64,000 nucleotides of DNA from Chiloscyllium plagiosum (GCF_004010195.1 NC_057719.1:42931925-42995924), one strand, 5' to 3'; counted from the stretch's first letter, positions 11,363-25,994 are shown. Made by a program: numbers and translations. The notes: a model not told the origin generated them from the sequence alone.

Positions 11363-13199
11363 GCATGTACTAAGCACCAAATAGTTAATATAGCTACTGC
11401 GTAGTCACATTTTTCTGGTATTTCCCAAAATTAAATTCTGTTCAATTTTAAGATATTCTACTTAATACAAACTCATGCCAATTTATGTGCAACATATTTA
11501 TCTATATTATCAAAAATATCAAATGTGCTTAATTAAATATGTCAGAGAATATTTTACCAGAAATAAATAACTCTGGCGTTGCTCTTAATTCAAGCAGTGT
11601 AATGTTAAACTTTACCCAGCTCACTTTTTTATCAGTTAATTCTTCAGTCCAAAGGTACACAATACCTTGACATTATTGTTTGACCTCATTGCTGCTTACT
11701 TTCTATACAATTTTCAATCAAGATAAATACTACAGTGCAAATGAAGTGGCAGTTTATGTCCCCTTTAAATTCTGTGTTGAACAGAAGTCAATGCTTTCTG
11801 TGTTCAATGACGGACATATTTTGTATCGTTTAGGCTAATCCAGAACTCACATTTTATTTTTCTACCTGCTAATAATTTAGCAAAAAATATTGTATTTCTA
11901 TCAAGCAAAAATAAAATTAAAGTAAATATACATTTTCATTGATCTATTAATGGCAGGGTTTCCACTGTTTTTGTGACCTTGTGTGTTTCAAACACAGCAC
12001 GGTAATTAAAACCACAGTGGACATGCCTGAAGTTCTTGCCCTTCAGATATGCAGTTGCATGATCTTCTCCTTTACCACTATCATGACCAAACACCGTTTT
12101 GCTATTTCTCTACTGCTACACCCCTTGTTTCTGAGTCAAGATTTCTTGGCTAAAGTACAAAATAACCAGAAGCAATATTTTAATCCTGCACATATCTTAA
12201 TCAGTACCAGACCAACATTCTCGATTATGTTGTTGGTGTACTAATTCAAGAAGGTTGTTTCACTTAAATTTAACTACAGATGTCTTACTGGAAGTATACA
12301 GGGTTGCTTACACAGGATAGAGTCTTATAGAATAGCAAGCAATCAGTGATTAAGATTTTCAGTTTGAGGTACTCAAACGTTTTACTGCAGATTACCATTA
12401 GGGAAAAGTGCAATCCTAAAACTTACCAGAAGATCTTGTTAGGTTCTAAACCAGGGAATCTTAAGAATTTGTAGAAACTAGCCTTGAAGTGGACGAGCCC
12501 TGATCGCCAGCCTGCCTGCTGCTTTCTACCAGTGTGTGAGTGACAACTGAGGAGAGATTTGTGGAACTAGCTTAGTCTATGTAAGGAATGAGAGGGCGGT
12601 CCATTAGAGTCAAATTTGACTGGGTCTCTACTGATCTAGCTGCCTAACCAAAACTAAAACAGTGTTGTCAGGCTAATATCCTTTGAAATTGAAACCCACA
12701 GTGTTAAAGCAACAACTGGACTGCTGCATTTAGACCAAGGCTGAGCAATCAAAGATCCCTTTATTCACAGTTTAGTCACAGCGGTTTAAGAATAACTCAG
12801 AATTATTGACATATTGTTCTTCACTGGGTATTACACAGTAAACTTTTCTTCCCCATAATAATGATAATTTGCATTTATACTTAGGAAAATGACCAAAGAG
12901 GCTTCACAGGGGCATTATCTCTGAAAGTGGGATGACCGAAAATAACTGCCTTTTCAGAGAATGAGATATTAGAAGGGCTAACATAAAGATTGTTCTCAGT
13001 GCTTTTTTTAAGGATGTTAATGAAGCAAAGTGAAGTCAAAGAGGTTTAATCCAGACTCATCCTGCAATAGGATGGAATAGAATATAATCCTAATAGAAAC
13101 AGAGGGCAGACAAGGTGAGAAGAGTTGATATAAAGGACCAGAGTTTTATTCAGGATCATAGAAGATGTTTGTAATGTCCTAAAGTGTACCAATAGAGGA

Positions 13200-13300
13200 G
13201 GTTGACTCCTGACAAAAGGCTTATGCCCGAAACACCAATTCTCCTGCTCCTCAGATGCTGCCTGACCTGCTGTGTTTTTCCAGCACCTCACTCTCAACAG
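13200..13300 (+). mobile_element. PLE family B terminal-repeat fragment
   Basis: cctgacaaaaggcttatgcccgaaac...gctgcctgacctgctgtgttttccagcacc (mutated hammerhead core). Confidence 0.7.
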
Positions 13301-13486
13301 TGGAGGAGGAGCAATGAGAGTGAAACTAGAGGATGAAGGGTAGTGAAGATCACTTAACAAGAGAACAGTGGAAGGTAAATTTATTGGCAAATATTGAACA
13401 GACTGGGACTCTCTTCTCTACAAAAGAGAAGGCTGACCTGTGAGCTACCAGTAGTCTTCTCTCTTACCATTATGAAGATGTTTGAT

Positions 13487-13648
13487 AGCACATGCACACA
13501 CAGTCGAGCACATACTCAGACATGCACACACTCACACACAGACACAAACAAACACAGACACAAACAAGCACACACACACACAAAACACTCTCATGAACAC
13601 ACAATCACTCACACATGCACACACTCAAACACGCACACACACACACAG
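13487..13648. repeat. Imperfect (CA)n microsatellite
   Basis: Visible CA-rich tract; it explains the His/Thr-rich ORFs here. Confidence 0.9.
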
Positions 13649-14739
13649 GTTATATTCCAGACTGGTGTCAGTGCAGATACTGGGAGGTATCTTTGGAGAA
13701 TTTAGGGGAAATGTTTCCACTCATGAAAGAACCCAAAACTGTACATTCATAAATATAATGCTTACCTGTAAAGATTTCAAAGGAGGACCTTCTTCTTTGG
13801 AGAAGTTAGAAATGCAACTTAATGCACAGATTAATTGAAGTGAGTAGCACCAATAAATAGAAGGGCAAGTAGAAGAGATACATAGATATAGAAAGCAGAA
13901 AAAGGTTGTGTTGATATGATATGGTGAAGTTGGATGACTGGTTTGTGCTGAGCATAACACCAGACTGGGCCACATGGCCTGATGCTTCTGCCTGTAAGTT
14001 CAATACAATTCTATACAAATTTATAGGGGCAATGCAGATTTGCGGGTTGGTGTTCTAGTGAAGTGAGGAGAACACAAGATTGAGCAGCAGTTCAAAGACA
14101 TAACTTCAGTGTGGAGACAATGTGTCATGATCTCATGAAACTGTTTGACAGAAGGTGGGGTAAAAACAAAAGGAACAAAAAGTCTACCACATAAACAAAT
14201 TAGCAACACCTTCTCATAGTATTCTTAAAGCAAGCAGATCTATACATGTATAGACTTGTGTGAAGTTACAGATTTCTCCTATTTTATAAAAGTCAACTGT
14301 AAAATATTTAACATGACTTTCATACTCCAATTCTCTCTTCTTAGTACTTTATTTCTTTAAGCTTCTAATGTAAAGAAAGACAACCATGTATATTTTGAAA
14401 TTTACACAGAAATAAAAATTCACAAAACAATAGAATGAATAATCCCGTTCCAGCTCCCATTCCAATTGCCACATGCCATATATTCATTCAGAAACTATTT
14501 AATCTATTATTAAATGTTAACTAAGTCTTTGGGCTGAATCTTCCCATATTTTGGAAAAGTGTCAGTTTTGATGAGTTATGCGAATGAGATTTTTGTCTCA
14601 TTCACTACCTACCACACCTCTATGACATTCTCAACCTGACTGTAACTGGAAGTACCGTCACTGCCAGGATATATCAACAACCCTGGCACCATATATAAAT
14701 GGCCACTGTGCACCCAGTCAAGTACTGGAAGTCCAGAGC

Positions 14740-14900
14740 TGCCCAGGCTTGGCAGACAAGGGGAAATTAGCAGCCAGCTTTTCAGACAGGAACCTAAAGA
14801 TCCTGGTGGACTGGATCATATGGAGGAGAAAACCATAGAGCAAAGGAGAAAACGTCCCATAACAGAATCAAAATGCTCATGACAGGTGGAAGTATGCTGG
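14740..14900 (+). mobile_element. Harbinger Myb-like ORF relic (N-terminal part)
   Basis: GKLAASFSDRNLKILVDWIIWRRK resembles the 'APRFSD..L..L.D....RR' start of Harbinger Myb-like proteins. Confidence 0.45.
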
Positions 14901-15107
14901 ATATTCATCTCCTCACTACCTACGAGGGTAGAGTCTTGGTTCTGACAGGGCAGGACTGAAACCCTTTCAGTGGAGATGCTGAAATCTCTATGTTCCAAGA
15001 AGCAAGTAAAAAGTACTGATTATTGTTGTGCTACCCTCCCATTTCCAACATTGTGCACTTAATGTTAATGTGCCACAAATTCTACCCATTGGTCATCACA
15101 TTCTTTT

Positions 15108-16015
15108 AGCAAGTTTTGAGAAGATTTGTAGCTCAGGTTGAGGTTCTGGATGTAAGTTTGCTCACTGAGCTAGAAAATTTGTTTTCAGACATTTCGTCAC
15201 ATGCTAAGTAACATCATCACCTCCAGTGATGCACTGGTGTTTTGTCCCGCTTTCTATTTATGTGTTTAGGTTTCCTTGGGTTGGTGATGTCATTTCCTGT
15301 GTTGGTGAAAGTGGTGTCCTTCCTCATCTGTATGTAAGGATACTAGTGATAATGGTTCATGTCTTTTTGTGGTTGGCTGATGTTCATGTATCCTGGTGGC
15401 TAGTTTTCTGCCTGTTTGTCCAATGTAGTGTTTGTTGCTGTTCTTGTGAAGCATTTTGTAAGTGACATTCGTTTTGTTTGTTGTCTGTATAGGGTCTTTC
15501 AAGTTCATTATCTGCTGTTTTAGAGTGTTGATGGGCTTGTGGGCCACCATGATGCCAACAGGTCTGAGTAGTCTGGCAGTCATGTCATTTCCAAGATATC
15601 TTTGACGTAGGGGAGAGTGGCTAGGGATTCTGCTTGTCTTTTGTCTGCTTGTTTGCATCCTTACATCCTGGTATCCTCACATACAGATGAGGAAGGACAC
15701 CACTTTGAATGGGACAACACATCCATCCCAGAACAAGCCAAACAGAGACATGCACAAGAATTCCTAGAAGCATGGCATTCCAAGTGGAACTCTATCAATA
15801 AGCCCCATCTACCACCCTCTGAGAAAAAGAACACAAAATGACATTGCCAACACAGGAAATGACATCACCAACCAAGGAAACTTGAACACATAAATAGAAA
15901 GTGGGACATAACACCAGCGCTTCATCAGAGGCTCACTGATGATGTCACCTTGTATGGTGATGAAATGTCTGAAAAATGAACCTTCCAGCTCAGTGAGCAA
16001 ACTTACATCCAGTAA
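15108..16015. mobile_element. Penelope/Poseidon-type PLE (family C): GIY-YIG fragment with inverted terminal repeats
   Basis: Minus ORF 15290-15658 reads AHKPINTLKQ...KDP...NVTYK...HYIGQTGRKLATRIHEHQ. The plus-strand part (HTDEEGHHFEWDN...EFLEAWHS) leads into a terminal repeat that is mirrored at 15120-15300. Confidence 0.85.
15933..15972 (+). ncRNA. Minimal hammerhead motif (PLE family C), slightly decayed
   Basis: tca-CTGATGA-t-GTCACC-ttgtat-GGTGAT-GAA-ATGT-C-tga; ACGT>ATGT is consistent with CpG decay. Confidence 0.55.
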
Positions 16016-17458
16016 CTTCCTTCTTTGGTTTCTTGGCAGTCCCGATGGGATTCCCATGATGTCCAATATCAAGACGGCCATCCTGCACATGTTCCCTCTT
16101 CCACCTCTTATAGCATGAATGCCTCAAATCCTGGCAGGATTGTACCAGCTCAGACCCTGACCCCTCGATGGATATGTTTTCTAGATTAGCATCAGAAATA
16201 CTTGCTGGTGAGCACTTCACTGCCATGTCTTCACAGCTTGTCATGGTAAAAAACATTCCAGGTCTCTAATACTTGAAAGTCTGCAGGTGGCCAAGTATCT
16301 GCCCAACCCCAGGCAGGAGAGGATCCCATGGTGTTGGTCATTTGTGACTTCATTACAGTGCATAACCAGACACAGGAGCAGCAGGCAATCTCAGTACTGA
16401 AACATTCTCTAGTTATTGGTGCTCAGTACCAACAGCAAGGTGACATGGAGACAATTGGTTTTGACTTCAATCCAGGTGCCCCTTCCTCACGAGACAGGGC
16501 AGTGGCAGTAGGAATCCAACCTGAGGAGGAACCACACACAAACCAACCAGACATCTCCTCTCAGGGCACTCCAGGTGGCCAGGCCATTTCACCTAATGCT
16601 GTCTGCTACCCTCAGCCTGTGGGCAGTCAAGCCAATGAGGCTGCATCTGTCTCTGAGCAGGACACACAGCAAGTCTAGGCACTTTAGACAGAAGTATCCC
16701 CAGAGCTGCCTGATCAAATCTCCAAGCCAACAGGCTCCACTAGGGCAGGGTTCCTTCACCCCAGCTGTGGAACCCAGTACTGTATAAAGGCGTAGTGAGA
16801 GGGAAAGAAATAAGAAGACTTTCTGAAGGCAAATTGGTGACATGGATAGCATGTAACTGTAGGTACATTTTCACGTTTTTAAACATATCTTCTCTTTGCT
16901 CATTCATCCAGTGTGAAAGTCTCTGTCTGACCACAACGGCAACACTGAAGGTACAGAGCCCACCTATCCTTTGTGCTAAATGATGTGCCATAGATCAAGC
17001 TGTGTGCAACTCCTGCACCATGTGCAGGCAATGGGTGAATCACAGGTTGATGCTACTTTGGCCAGTATCCTCAATCTTTCCAGATACTAACATTGCTATT
17101 GTGTCACAGTCATTAGTGGGATTCAGTTTTTATCCAATGGTCAGGAGAGTTTGGGACAAGGGTTTGGACCTCCCACAGTAAGTAAGGTTCACAAAGCAGG
17201 CACATTTCAGCTTCAGTGATGGGTGGCTGTGTAATAGTGTTGTCCTTTAAAGGACCACCATTTTTCTGCACAATCCTCTATTATATGCAAATCACTTAAG
17301 TGAGCAAAAGCCTGAATTGCTTTCTGTCAGTGCACAGGGGCTGAATATTCTCTGGCAAACTATCTCCATAATTTCAGTTGGCTCCTGGATTGCTATTTCA
17401 AGGATTAAACCATGATCCAATTAAAGCCACGAATTCTTACAGCATCGTACACAACTAT

Positions 17459-17762
17459 GGGTGGCACGGTGGCTCACAGTGCTAGGGACCTGGGCTTGAT
17501 TCCTCGGGCGACTGTCTGTGTGGACTTTGCACATTCTCCCCTTGTCTGCGTGTATTTCCTCTGGGCGCTCCAGTTTCCTCCCACAGTCCAAAAAGATGTG
17601 CAGCTCAGGTGAATTGGCCATGCTAAATTGCCCATAGTGTTAGGTGCATTAGTCAAGGTTAAATATAGGGTAGGGGAATGGATCTAGGTGGGTTACTCTT
17701 TGCAAAGTTGGTGTGGACTTGTTGGGCCAAAGGGCTGTTTCCATGCTGTAGGGAATCTAATC
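17459..17762 (+). mobile_element. HE1-like V-SINE
   Basis: tRNA-like head gggtggcacggtggctca, V-domain ...tttgcacattctcccc...tttcctcccacagtcc, CR1-like tail ...gggccaaagggctgtttcc. Confidence 0.85.
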
Positions 17763-18619
17763 TCCAGGATGACCCAAATTATTTTAGGGCTAAAATCGAC
17801 CTGTTTGAACATATTTTATCACATCTATATGCCTTTGGCCCTACGTTGATTAATATTCTGACATCCCTAATGGCAGGTATAAAATCCATTTGGCAAAATT
17901 TAAGTTTTACTTAACAAGTGTGGTTTTGCAGCCAATGAGCAATTATTATTAAGTGACAAAGAATAAGAAACTACCCAAGCTAAAATGGAGTTATTTTAAA
18001 CACAATTTTAAATATAGTTTTATTGTCAACAAGGGAAGTAATACGCAACAACAGTTGGCTTCTCTTGGTTTAAAAGGTTGAATCTATATAAAGTTACATC
18101 TCTACCATTGGACGTTAAAAGGAATTTTATAACTTTGTAACCATGTGATCTCCACCCAACACTGCTCCCAACTGACTGTGATTAAATCTTATTTGCAAAC
18201 AATCAGTATAATTACTTGGCTAAGTGATATCCTTATGGGCTACGCCTTTCTTTCCCAAAACATTCTTCAGTTTTTTGGAATATCAATCTTTAGTTCATTG
18301 CCGGAGAGTGAAGCACTAAGATGATTTAAAGGGGGATCTTCAATGGACCTTGTTCACAATAATTTCTGCAAAAAGGCACTTTGGTTTGCTCCTTTAAATA
18401 AACAGAAAGAACGAGTTAATTGTTACTGCTCTTCCTCAATGTTTATGCATTTCTGAAGTCAGCTGTATATGTTTGCTGGCTATCTAAAGGCTGCCACATG
18501 AATGATCTCTATGTTTGAACCTTACAAAGCTATTTCTTTTTTTTTGGAAGGCTCAAACTATTTATTAATTGTTGATTGGTAGAGCTTATAAACCCAAAAC
18601 TATAATGGCAAGACAGTAG

Positions 18620-18915
18620 GCAGTTCAAAGGAATAGAGAGATCTTGAGGTAGTTGTCCACAGATCTCTGAAGGTGGCAGAACAAATTAATAAGGTAGTTA
18701 TGAGGACATACAGACGCTCGCCTTTATCAGTTGTAGTATAGATTATAAGAGCAGGGAGGTTATGTTGGAGATATATTTATTTAAGGTTTAGCTAGAGTAC
18801 TGTGTGAAGTTCTGGTAACCACATTATAAGAAGGATATGATTGCACTGGAGAGGGTGCAGAGTAAATTCACCCAGACGTTACCTGGGATGGTACATTTCA
18901 CCTCTAAAGAGAGAC
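18620..18915 (+). mobile_element. Old CR1 ORF2 fragment
   Basis: LEYCVKFW*PHYKKDMIALERVQSKFTQTLPG-like translation. Confidence 0.7.
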
Positions 18916-19210
18916 AAGATGATTTTTTAAACCTCTAACCCTTTGCCTTCTGGCGCATAGGCAGCAGCTTTACCACTGCACCACACAATGTATAGGCTGA
19001 GAGGGAAAATGGGAGATGTGACAGTGGGTTATGCATAATACTGCAGTAATTTTTATTGATTTCAGCCCTGTCACTGTCTCAACAATGATTATCCAAATAA
19101 TGGTGAGCATCTTCTCTTCCATGGTGTTTACAGTATGCAGGCATAAGTGCTCTCACCAATTAATTCCTAGTGCCTCCTTGTATTACCTTGACCTGCAAGG
19201 TCGAGGAAAA

Positions 19211-21479
19211 TAGAGTCATATAGATGTACAGCATGGAAACAGACGCTTCGGTCCAACCCATCCATGCCGACCAGATATTCCAACCCAATCTAGTTCCACC
19301 TGCCAGTACCAGCCCATATCCTTCCAAACCCTTCCTATTCATATACCCATCCAAATGCCTCTTAAATGTTGCAATTGTACCAGCCTCCACCACTTCCTCT
19401 GGCAGCTCATTCCACACACATACCACCCTATATGAGAAAAAGTTGCCCCTTAGGTCTCTTTTATATCTTTCTCCTCTCACCCTAAACCTATGCCCTCTAG
19501 TTCTGGACTCCCCGAGCCCAGGGAAAAGATTTTGTCTATTTACCCTTTCCATGCCCCTCATCATTTTATACTCCTCTATAAGGTAACCCTCAGCCTCCGA
19601 CACTCCAGGGAAAACAGCCCCAGCCTGATCAGCCTCTCCTTATAGCTCAAATCCTCCAACTCTGGCAACATCCTTGGAAATCTTTTCTGAACCCTTTCAA
19701 CCTTCACAACATCTTTCCGATAGGGAGGAGACCGGAATTGCAAGTAATATTCCAACAGTGGCCTAACCAATGTCCTGAACAGCTGTAATATGACCTCGCA
19801 ACTCCTGTACTCAATACTCTGACCAATAAAAGAAAGCATACCAAATGCCTTCTTCACTATCGTATCTACCTGCAACTCCACTTTCAAGGAGCTATGAACC
19901 TGCACTTGCAGGACTCTTTGTTCAGCAACACTCCCTGGGACCTTACCATTAAGTGTATAAGTCCTGCTAAGATTTACTTTCCCAAAATGCAGCACCTTGC
20001 ATTTATCTAAATTAAACTCTATCTGCCACTTCTCTGCCCATTGGCCCATCTGGTCAAGATCCTGTTTTAATCTGAGGTAACCCTCTTCACTGTCCGCTAC
20101 ACCTCCAATTTTGGTGTCATCTGCAAACTTACTAACTGTACCCCTTATGCTCGCATCCAAACCATTTATGAAAATGACAAAAAGTAGTGGACCCAGCACC
20201 GATCCTTGTGGCACTCCACTGGTAATAGGCCTCCAGTCTGAAAAACAACCCTCCACCACCACCCTCTGTCTTCTACCTTTGAGCCAGTTCTGTATCCACC
20301 TGGCTAGTTCTTCCTGTATTCCATGAGATCTAACCTTGCTAATCAGTCTCCTATGCGGAACCTTGTTGAATGCCTTACTGAAGTCCATATAGATCACATC
20401 TACCGCTCTGCCCTTATCAATCCTCTTTGTTACTTCTTCAAAAAACTCAATCAAGTTTGTGTGACATGATTTCCCACACACAAGGCCATGTTGACTATCC
20501 CTAATCAGTCCTTGCCTTTCGAAACACATGTACATCCTGTCCCTTAGGATTCCCTCCAAAACCTTGCCCACTACCGACGTCAGGCTCACTGGTCTATAGT
20601 TCCCTGGTTTGTCTTACCACCTTTCTTAAACAGTGGCACCACGTTAGCCAATCTCCAGTCTTCCGGCACCTCACCTGTGACTATCGATGATACAAATATT
20701 TTAGTAAGAGGCCCAGCAATCACTTCTCTAGCTTCCCACAGCATTCTAGGGTACACCTGATCAGGTCCTGTGGATTTATCCACCTTCATGTGTTTCAAGA
20801 CACCCAGCACTTCCTCCTCTGTAATTTAGACATTTTGTAAGGTGTCACCATCTATTTCCCTACATTCTATATCTTCCATATCTTTTTCCACAGCAAATAC
20901 TGATGCAAAATACTTGTTTAGTATCTCACCCATTTTCTGCAGCTCCACACAACGGCCGCCTTGCTGATCTTTGAGGGGCACTATTCTCTCCCTAGTTACC
21001 CTTTTGTCCTTCACGTATTTGTAAAAACCCTTTGGATTCTCCTTAATTCTATTTGCCACAGCTATCTCATGTTCACTTTTTGCCCTCCTGATTTCCCTCT
21101 TAAGTATACTCCTACTTCCTTTATAATCTTCTAAGGATTCACTCGATCTATCCTGTCTGTACCTTACATTTGCTTCCTTCTTTTTCTTAACCAAACCCTC
21201 AATTTCTTTAGTCATACAGCATTTCCTATACCTACCAGACTTTCCTTTCACCCTAACAGGAATATACTTTCTCTGGATTCTCGTTATCTCATTTCTGAAG
21301 GCTTCCTATTTTTCAGCCGTCCCTTTACCTGCGAACATCTGCGCCCAATCAGCTTTCGAAAGTCCTTGCCTAATACCGTCAAAATTGGCCTTTCTCCAAT
21401 TTAGAACTTCAACTTTTAAATCTGGTCTATCTTTTTCCATCACTATTTAAAATCTAACAGAATTATGGTCGCTGGCCCC
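19211..21479 (-). mobile_element. 5'-truncated CR1 (HER1-like) LINE, reverse-transcriptase region
   Basis: ORF 19576-20589 with DFSKAF, GVPQGSVLGPLLF, KFADD; C-terminal ORF 19160-19603; (catagagt)-type 3' tail; frameshifted. Confidence 0.95.
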
Positions 21480-21689
21480 TAAATGTGTCAATAAATGTCA
21501 TCTAGTCTGTTCAATTAAAATGCTGGCATAGTTGAACAGCTGACAGTGTGGTTGACGTGAGCAGGAGTGCTGAGTGTGTGAAAGGGAGATGAAATATATG
21601 AAATATCAGGTATGAAATCCATATAGCAGAGATTTCTTGTAGGTGAGTATGCATTGAATACAGATTGAGGCTAATTGTGTTATGCAGGG

Positions 21690-21950
21690 GGTCGATATAG
21701 TATTTTAAGGCATATTCCCTGATCTACGCTCATGTGAGTTCAGTGAAATTCTTGCAACATCACTAGTGGGTCCTTAGTCCTTCCTTGACTCCACAGATGT
21801 CTGCAACCCAGAGCCTTTTAACCATGTGTTTGGAAGATTTCCTGGACACCCACTGGTGCAGCACATCTCTCTTCCATTCCATGTGGTCTGCAAAGATCAT
21901 CAGCACAGCACTGAAAGCCTTGGTGCTCACGGTTTGCTCTCTGTGCTACT
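21690..21950 (-). mobile_element. Harbinger Myb-like ORF relic
   Basis: Minus-strand pieces resembling 'APR.S' and 'RT...C.K.F.EL'; heavily decayed. Confidence 0.4.
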
Positions 21951-21954
21951 TAAA

Positions 21955-22500
21955 AAAGAACAAAGAGCAAAGAAAATTTACAGCCCAGGAACAGGCCCTT
22001 TGGCCCTCCAAGCATGATCCAATCCAAACGTACTGTCTAAACCTGTCGATCAATTCCTAAGCATTTGTATTCCTCTGCTCCCCACCTACTCATACATCTG
22101 ACCAGACGCATCTTAAATGAATTTACCGTGCCTACCTCTACCACCTCTGCTGGCAACGCGTTCTGAACACCCACTACCTGAAGTACTTGCCGTGTGTATC
22201 CCCCTTAAACTTTCCACCTCTCACCTTGAAAGCATGACCTCTGGTTATTGAATCCTTCACTCTGGGAAAAAGCTTGTCTCTATCCATCCTGTCTATGCCC
22301 TTCATGATTTTGTAAACCTCAATCAGGTCCCCCCTCAATCTCCTTTTTTCTGGTGAAAATAAACCTAACCTACTCAACCTCTCTTCATAGCTATCACCTT
22401 CCATACCAGGCAACATTCTCTGCACCCTCTCCAAAGCATCCAAATCCTTTTGGTAATGTGGCTACCAGAACGGTACACAATATTCTAAATGCGGCCGAAC
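21955..22500 (-). mobile_element. CR1 LINE 3' fragment (second family)
   Basis: ORF 22174-22443: DALERVQR...YEERLSRLGLFS...RLRGDLIEVYKIMKG...TRGH. Confidence 0.9.
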
Positions 22501-24279
22501 TTCTCTCTCTTTTTGCCTGATCAGATTCTTTTTGACCACAACTCTCATACCCTGTTCTAACCACATTGTGCCACCCGTTTGGCGAATGCAGGCTAGCAAT
22601 GCAGTTACATTTAAGTAGCGTTAATCACTCATGATATTGGCCTTCTGATACAACCAGCAACGTGGTTAGTGATGGCTGGAGGCAGGGCTCATCCAAATAA
22701 AAAGGCGAAACAAAGTGGTGTCCTATTTCATATGTAGTCAACGAGCACAAGTTATTGACATATGGTGATCCCTACGCATGTTTCCAAGGGGGTTATGTCA
22801 TTATATTCATTTGCTTAGTGTACTGTGAGTTACAAAAACACCTAGAAAACCTTTAGCTTCATGAAAATTCATGCCTTTTAAAAATCAATTATTCTTGGAG
22901 TGAAATGCAGACATGTAAATGATTTTTTTTTGATAACTATTCAATTATGGAATGAATAACTTAGAACAAAGACTTGATAATTTATAATTAAATTGATTGT
23001 TTTCACATCTAATCTTTAAATATCCTTAAATATTCTTAACATGCTTCTCAGGAGTATGATAGAAAATAATATGCTTTTCTCATGTATGGATGTTCCATTA
23101 CATAAAATACAAAGTAACTCAGCTACAGACACCGGCTTGAGAGAATGTATATTGACAAGTGCAAAATTGTGAAGGTTTCCAGGGTCCAACTATGAGTTTA
23201 TGTCAAGATCAAGACTCATTTAAACTTGCTTTAATCCAATTTGGTTGTGTAAATGGGGTAATAAGGAAAGAGTATGACAAAAACTGTGGATTCTGGAAAT
23301 CTGAAGTAAAAGTCAAAAAATGCTGGAAATACTCAGTAAGTCAAACAATACCTGTGGAGAGAAATAGAGTTAATGGTTTAGGTTGAGATGAACTTTCATC
23401 AGAACAAATATGTTTTTTTTGTTCAACAGTCAACACAACCCAAAATGTTACCTATATTTCTCTCCATTAATCAAAAATGAGTGTTAACCTCATACCTGCT
23501 TAAGTCTGGATTTTCAGACTCCCAATTGTATAATACATGAGAATGAACAGTTCATGCTTCTGTCTACTGAAACTGCACAGACTACAAAAAAGTTGTCACC
23601 TTATCAATAATGAGTAGAATTAACATTGATACAATAAATTTAACCTTTCGTAGTCTGGTAGTAGTCTTGACATCTGTCTTAAAATTGGGCATTTTTTACT
23701 TCACTACAGTATGGACACAGGTTTAACAGCAGAAATCTTTCTCTGAGTTAAAACAGCATAATACTGATTTTCATTTGCACTTGAATACAAGATCTTAACA
23801 AGAGCTATAATGCATCTGGTAGGTGTTAAACCCCAGATCTAGCAATTATCCTTTTCTACATGTGACATCCAAAATGAAGCCTTTATCCAATGGTGAATTG
23901 TCAATAATTGAAAATAATACTTTTTCCAATGTGGAGAAACTGTAGTTCTCCTTTGCATATCAACTATTTTTTAAGTGATAACTTTGCCTAATTGTAGAAT
24001 TCTTTGCACATACATCCACCCAACATGCGCATGTGCACACATACACGCAATTATGGGTTCATGTTTCACTGTGTTCTTAAGTAACTAATGATTGATAATA
24101 AGACAATACTGCATTATGGGAAAACCTGTCTTTTTGTGAGAAGTTAAGACTTCTATTGGTTAGATAGATGTGTAAAAACAGATGGCTCTCTCTGAAGAAA
24201 AGAAGAGACTTTATCTTGGCTTCACGTCAACATTTTTCCCTCACTCAACAATAGGTTAATTATATATTCATTTTGTTTA

Positions 24280-24422
24280 CTAGTGTAACCATTGCTATGG
24301 GCAAATCAGCTGTCACATTTGTCCATATATGTGCACTAAATGTGTTTTAAAAACAATTGAGAAGCTACAAATCATTTTGAGATGTCCTACAAGCATGAAA
24401 AGGTGCCACATGAATAAAAGTT
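24280..24422 (+). mobile_element. Ancient DeuSINE/L2-tail-like SINE fragment
   Basis: gggcaaatcagctgtcacatt...ttttgagatgtcc...tgaaaaggtgccacatgaat resembles the AmnSINE1/SacSINE1-type 3' region as recalled. Confidence 0.35.
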
Positions 24423-25994
24423 ACTGAATTTTACATTTTAACTGCTCGAATATTTTTCTTTTTTCATTTGAGTTCTGTTAGTCTAGTATCTATGATCTGA
24501 ATCCAAACTTCTATGTCATTTAAGCTATTTCCGGTAGCCTATCAGTAAATGCATAGATCCAGGTGAAAGTGGATTTTTGAGAAAGCTGCCTAGCTACAAA
24601 GATAGAACTTTGAATCGGCCTTACAAGCTAGGTTTTGTGAAACCTACTTAAACAAAACAAACAGATTTTGTCATTTCCACTAATTGGATGCCATACTTAC
24701 TTCGAGTCTAAATCGGGGGCATAATCGGGTAATTTGCAGATGATAGAGGATTTGGCTGTGTACTGGATAGTGTAGAGGATATCCGTGAGCTCCAAAATGA
24801 TGGTTTTTAAATACTGTACAAGTAAAAGATATGCTGGTTATGTGGATTGGCTGTGCTAAGTGTCCATGGTGTCCAGGGGAGTGCAGGCTTTGGGATGAGA
24901 AATACAGGGTTACATGGACATGGTAGAGGGATGGGATGCTCTTCAGTGAGTCGGTGTGGACTAGATGGGCCAAATGGCTTGTTTCTACACTGTAAGTATT
25001 CTATAATAATCTATGAAAAGAAAATGAATTTTGCATTCATGGCTCTACTTCTCACATCTTTCAGTACTCTCGGAAGCTGCTCACAGAGATTAATTACTTT
25101 GAGCTGCATTTCCTGTGGCCAAATACGTAAACATTTTGTTCACAGCAAACTCCCACAAATAGTAAATTGGGCTAAATGAATGAGTACTTAATTTATTTCA
25201 GATTGCATTGAGAGAAGAGTAACAGTTGATTTCTTCAATTCTTGCATGTGCTGATTTTGATTTATTTAAAACCCCAGTTTATCGTAAAATACAGCAGCAA
25301 ATTAGAAATCTCAGAATAAATAGAATCCATAATATTACTAGTTGTAGAATCAGGTTTCATTTATTATTTACAGATTGTTATAGACTTGATCTGTAATGAA
25401 TCAATTGGAAACCCGGATGTGTTGAGTGATATAGTACACAATGGGTGTGACAAGTAGGAAGGAGTGAGTCAACACTACAGTCATTAGGGAGTTCCCCTAC
25501 AAGAAATATTTACTTTGGCTGACCTTGTTCTATTTGTTGATTGATTCAATTAATTGCAACACAATCTAAAGAGCTAAAAGTCAAAGTTAGTTCATTTCTA
25601 TTCAGACATTACAGACGTGCCTTTTTTTACTTGTTAAAAAGTAGGCTATAAAGACTTAGTAGATGTACACCATGAATATTTACAGTAATGCTTATCCTCT
25701 GTACTTCTGATACTTTGAAGGGCTGTTGTTATCATAACAAAGTTATTATGTATTCTGCCTGATAAGAAGTAAATGACTAGATCATATCAAAGAATAAAAA
25801 TGACATTATGTACAGATTCCAACTTTATTCTGGCCTCTAAGTTTTATCGAATGCCAGCATCTGGGGTGACGCCTCCAAGTATGTGATCAAGTGAATGGAG
25901 TGCAGAGGGAAGCTTGATGACAAACCTGCGCCCACACCTCTCCCCTCACCTCCGTCCAAGGCCCCAAAGGAGCCTTCCACATCCATCAACTGTG

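Noticed and set aside
16328..16678. 116-aa Q/P/S-rich ORF
   Set aside because: No recognisable domain or splice support; probably part of the decayed Harbinger Myb-like region.
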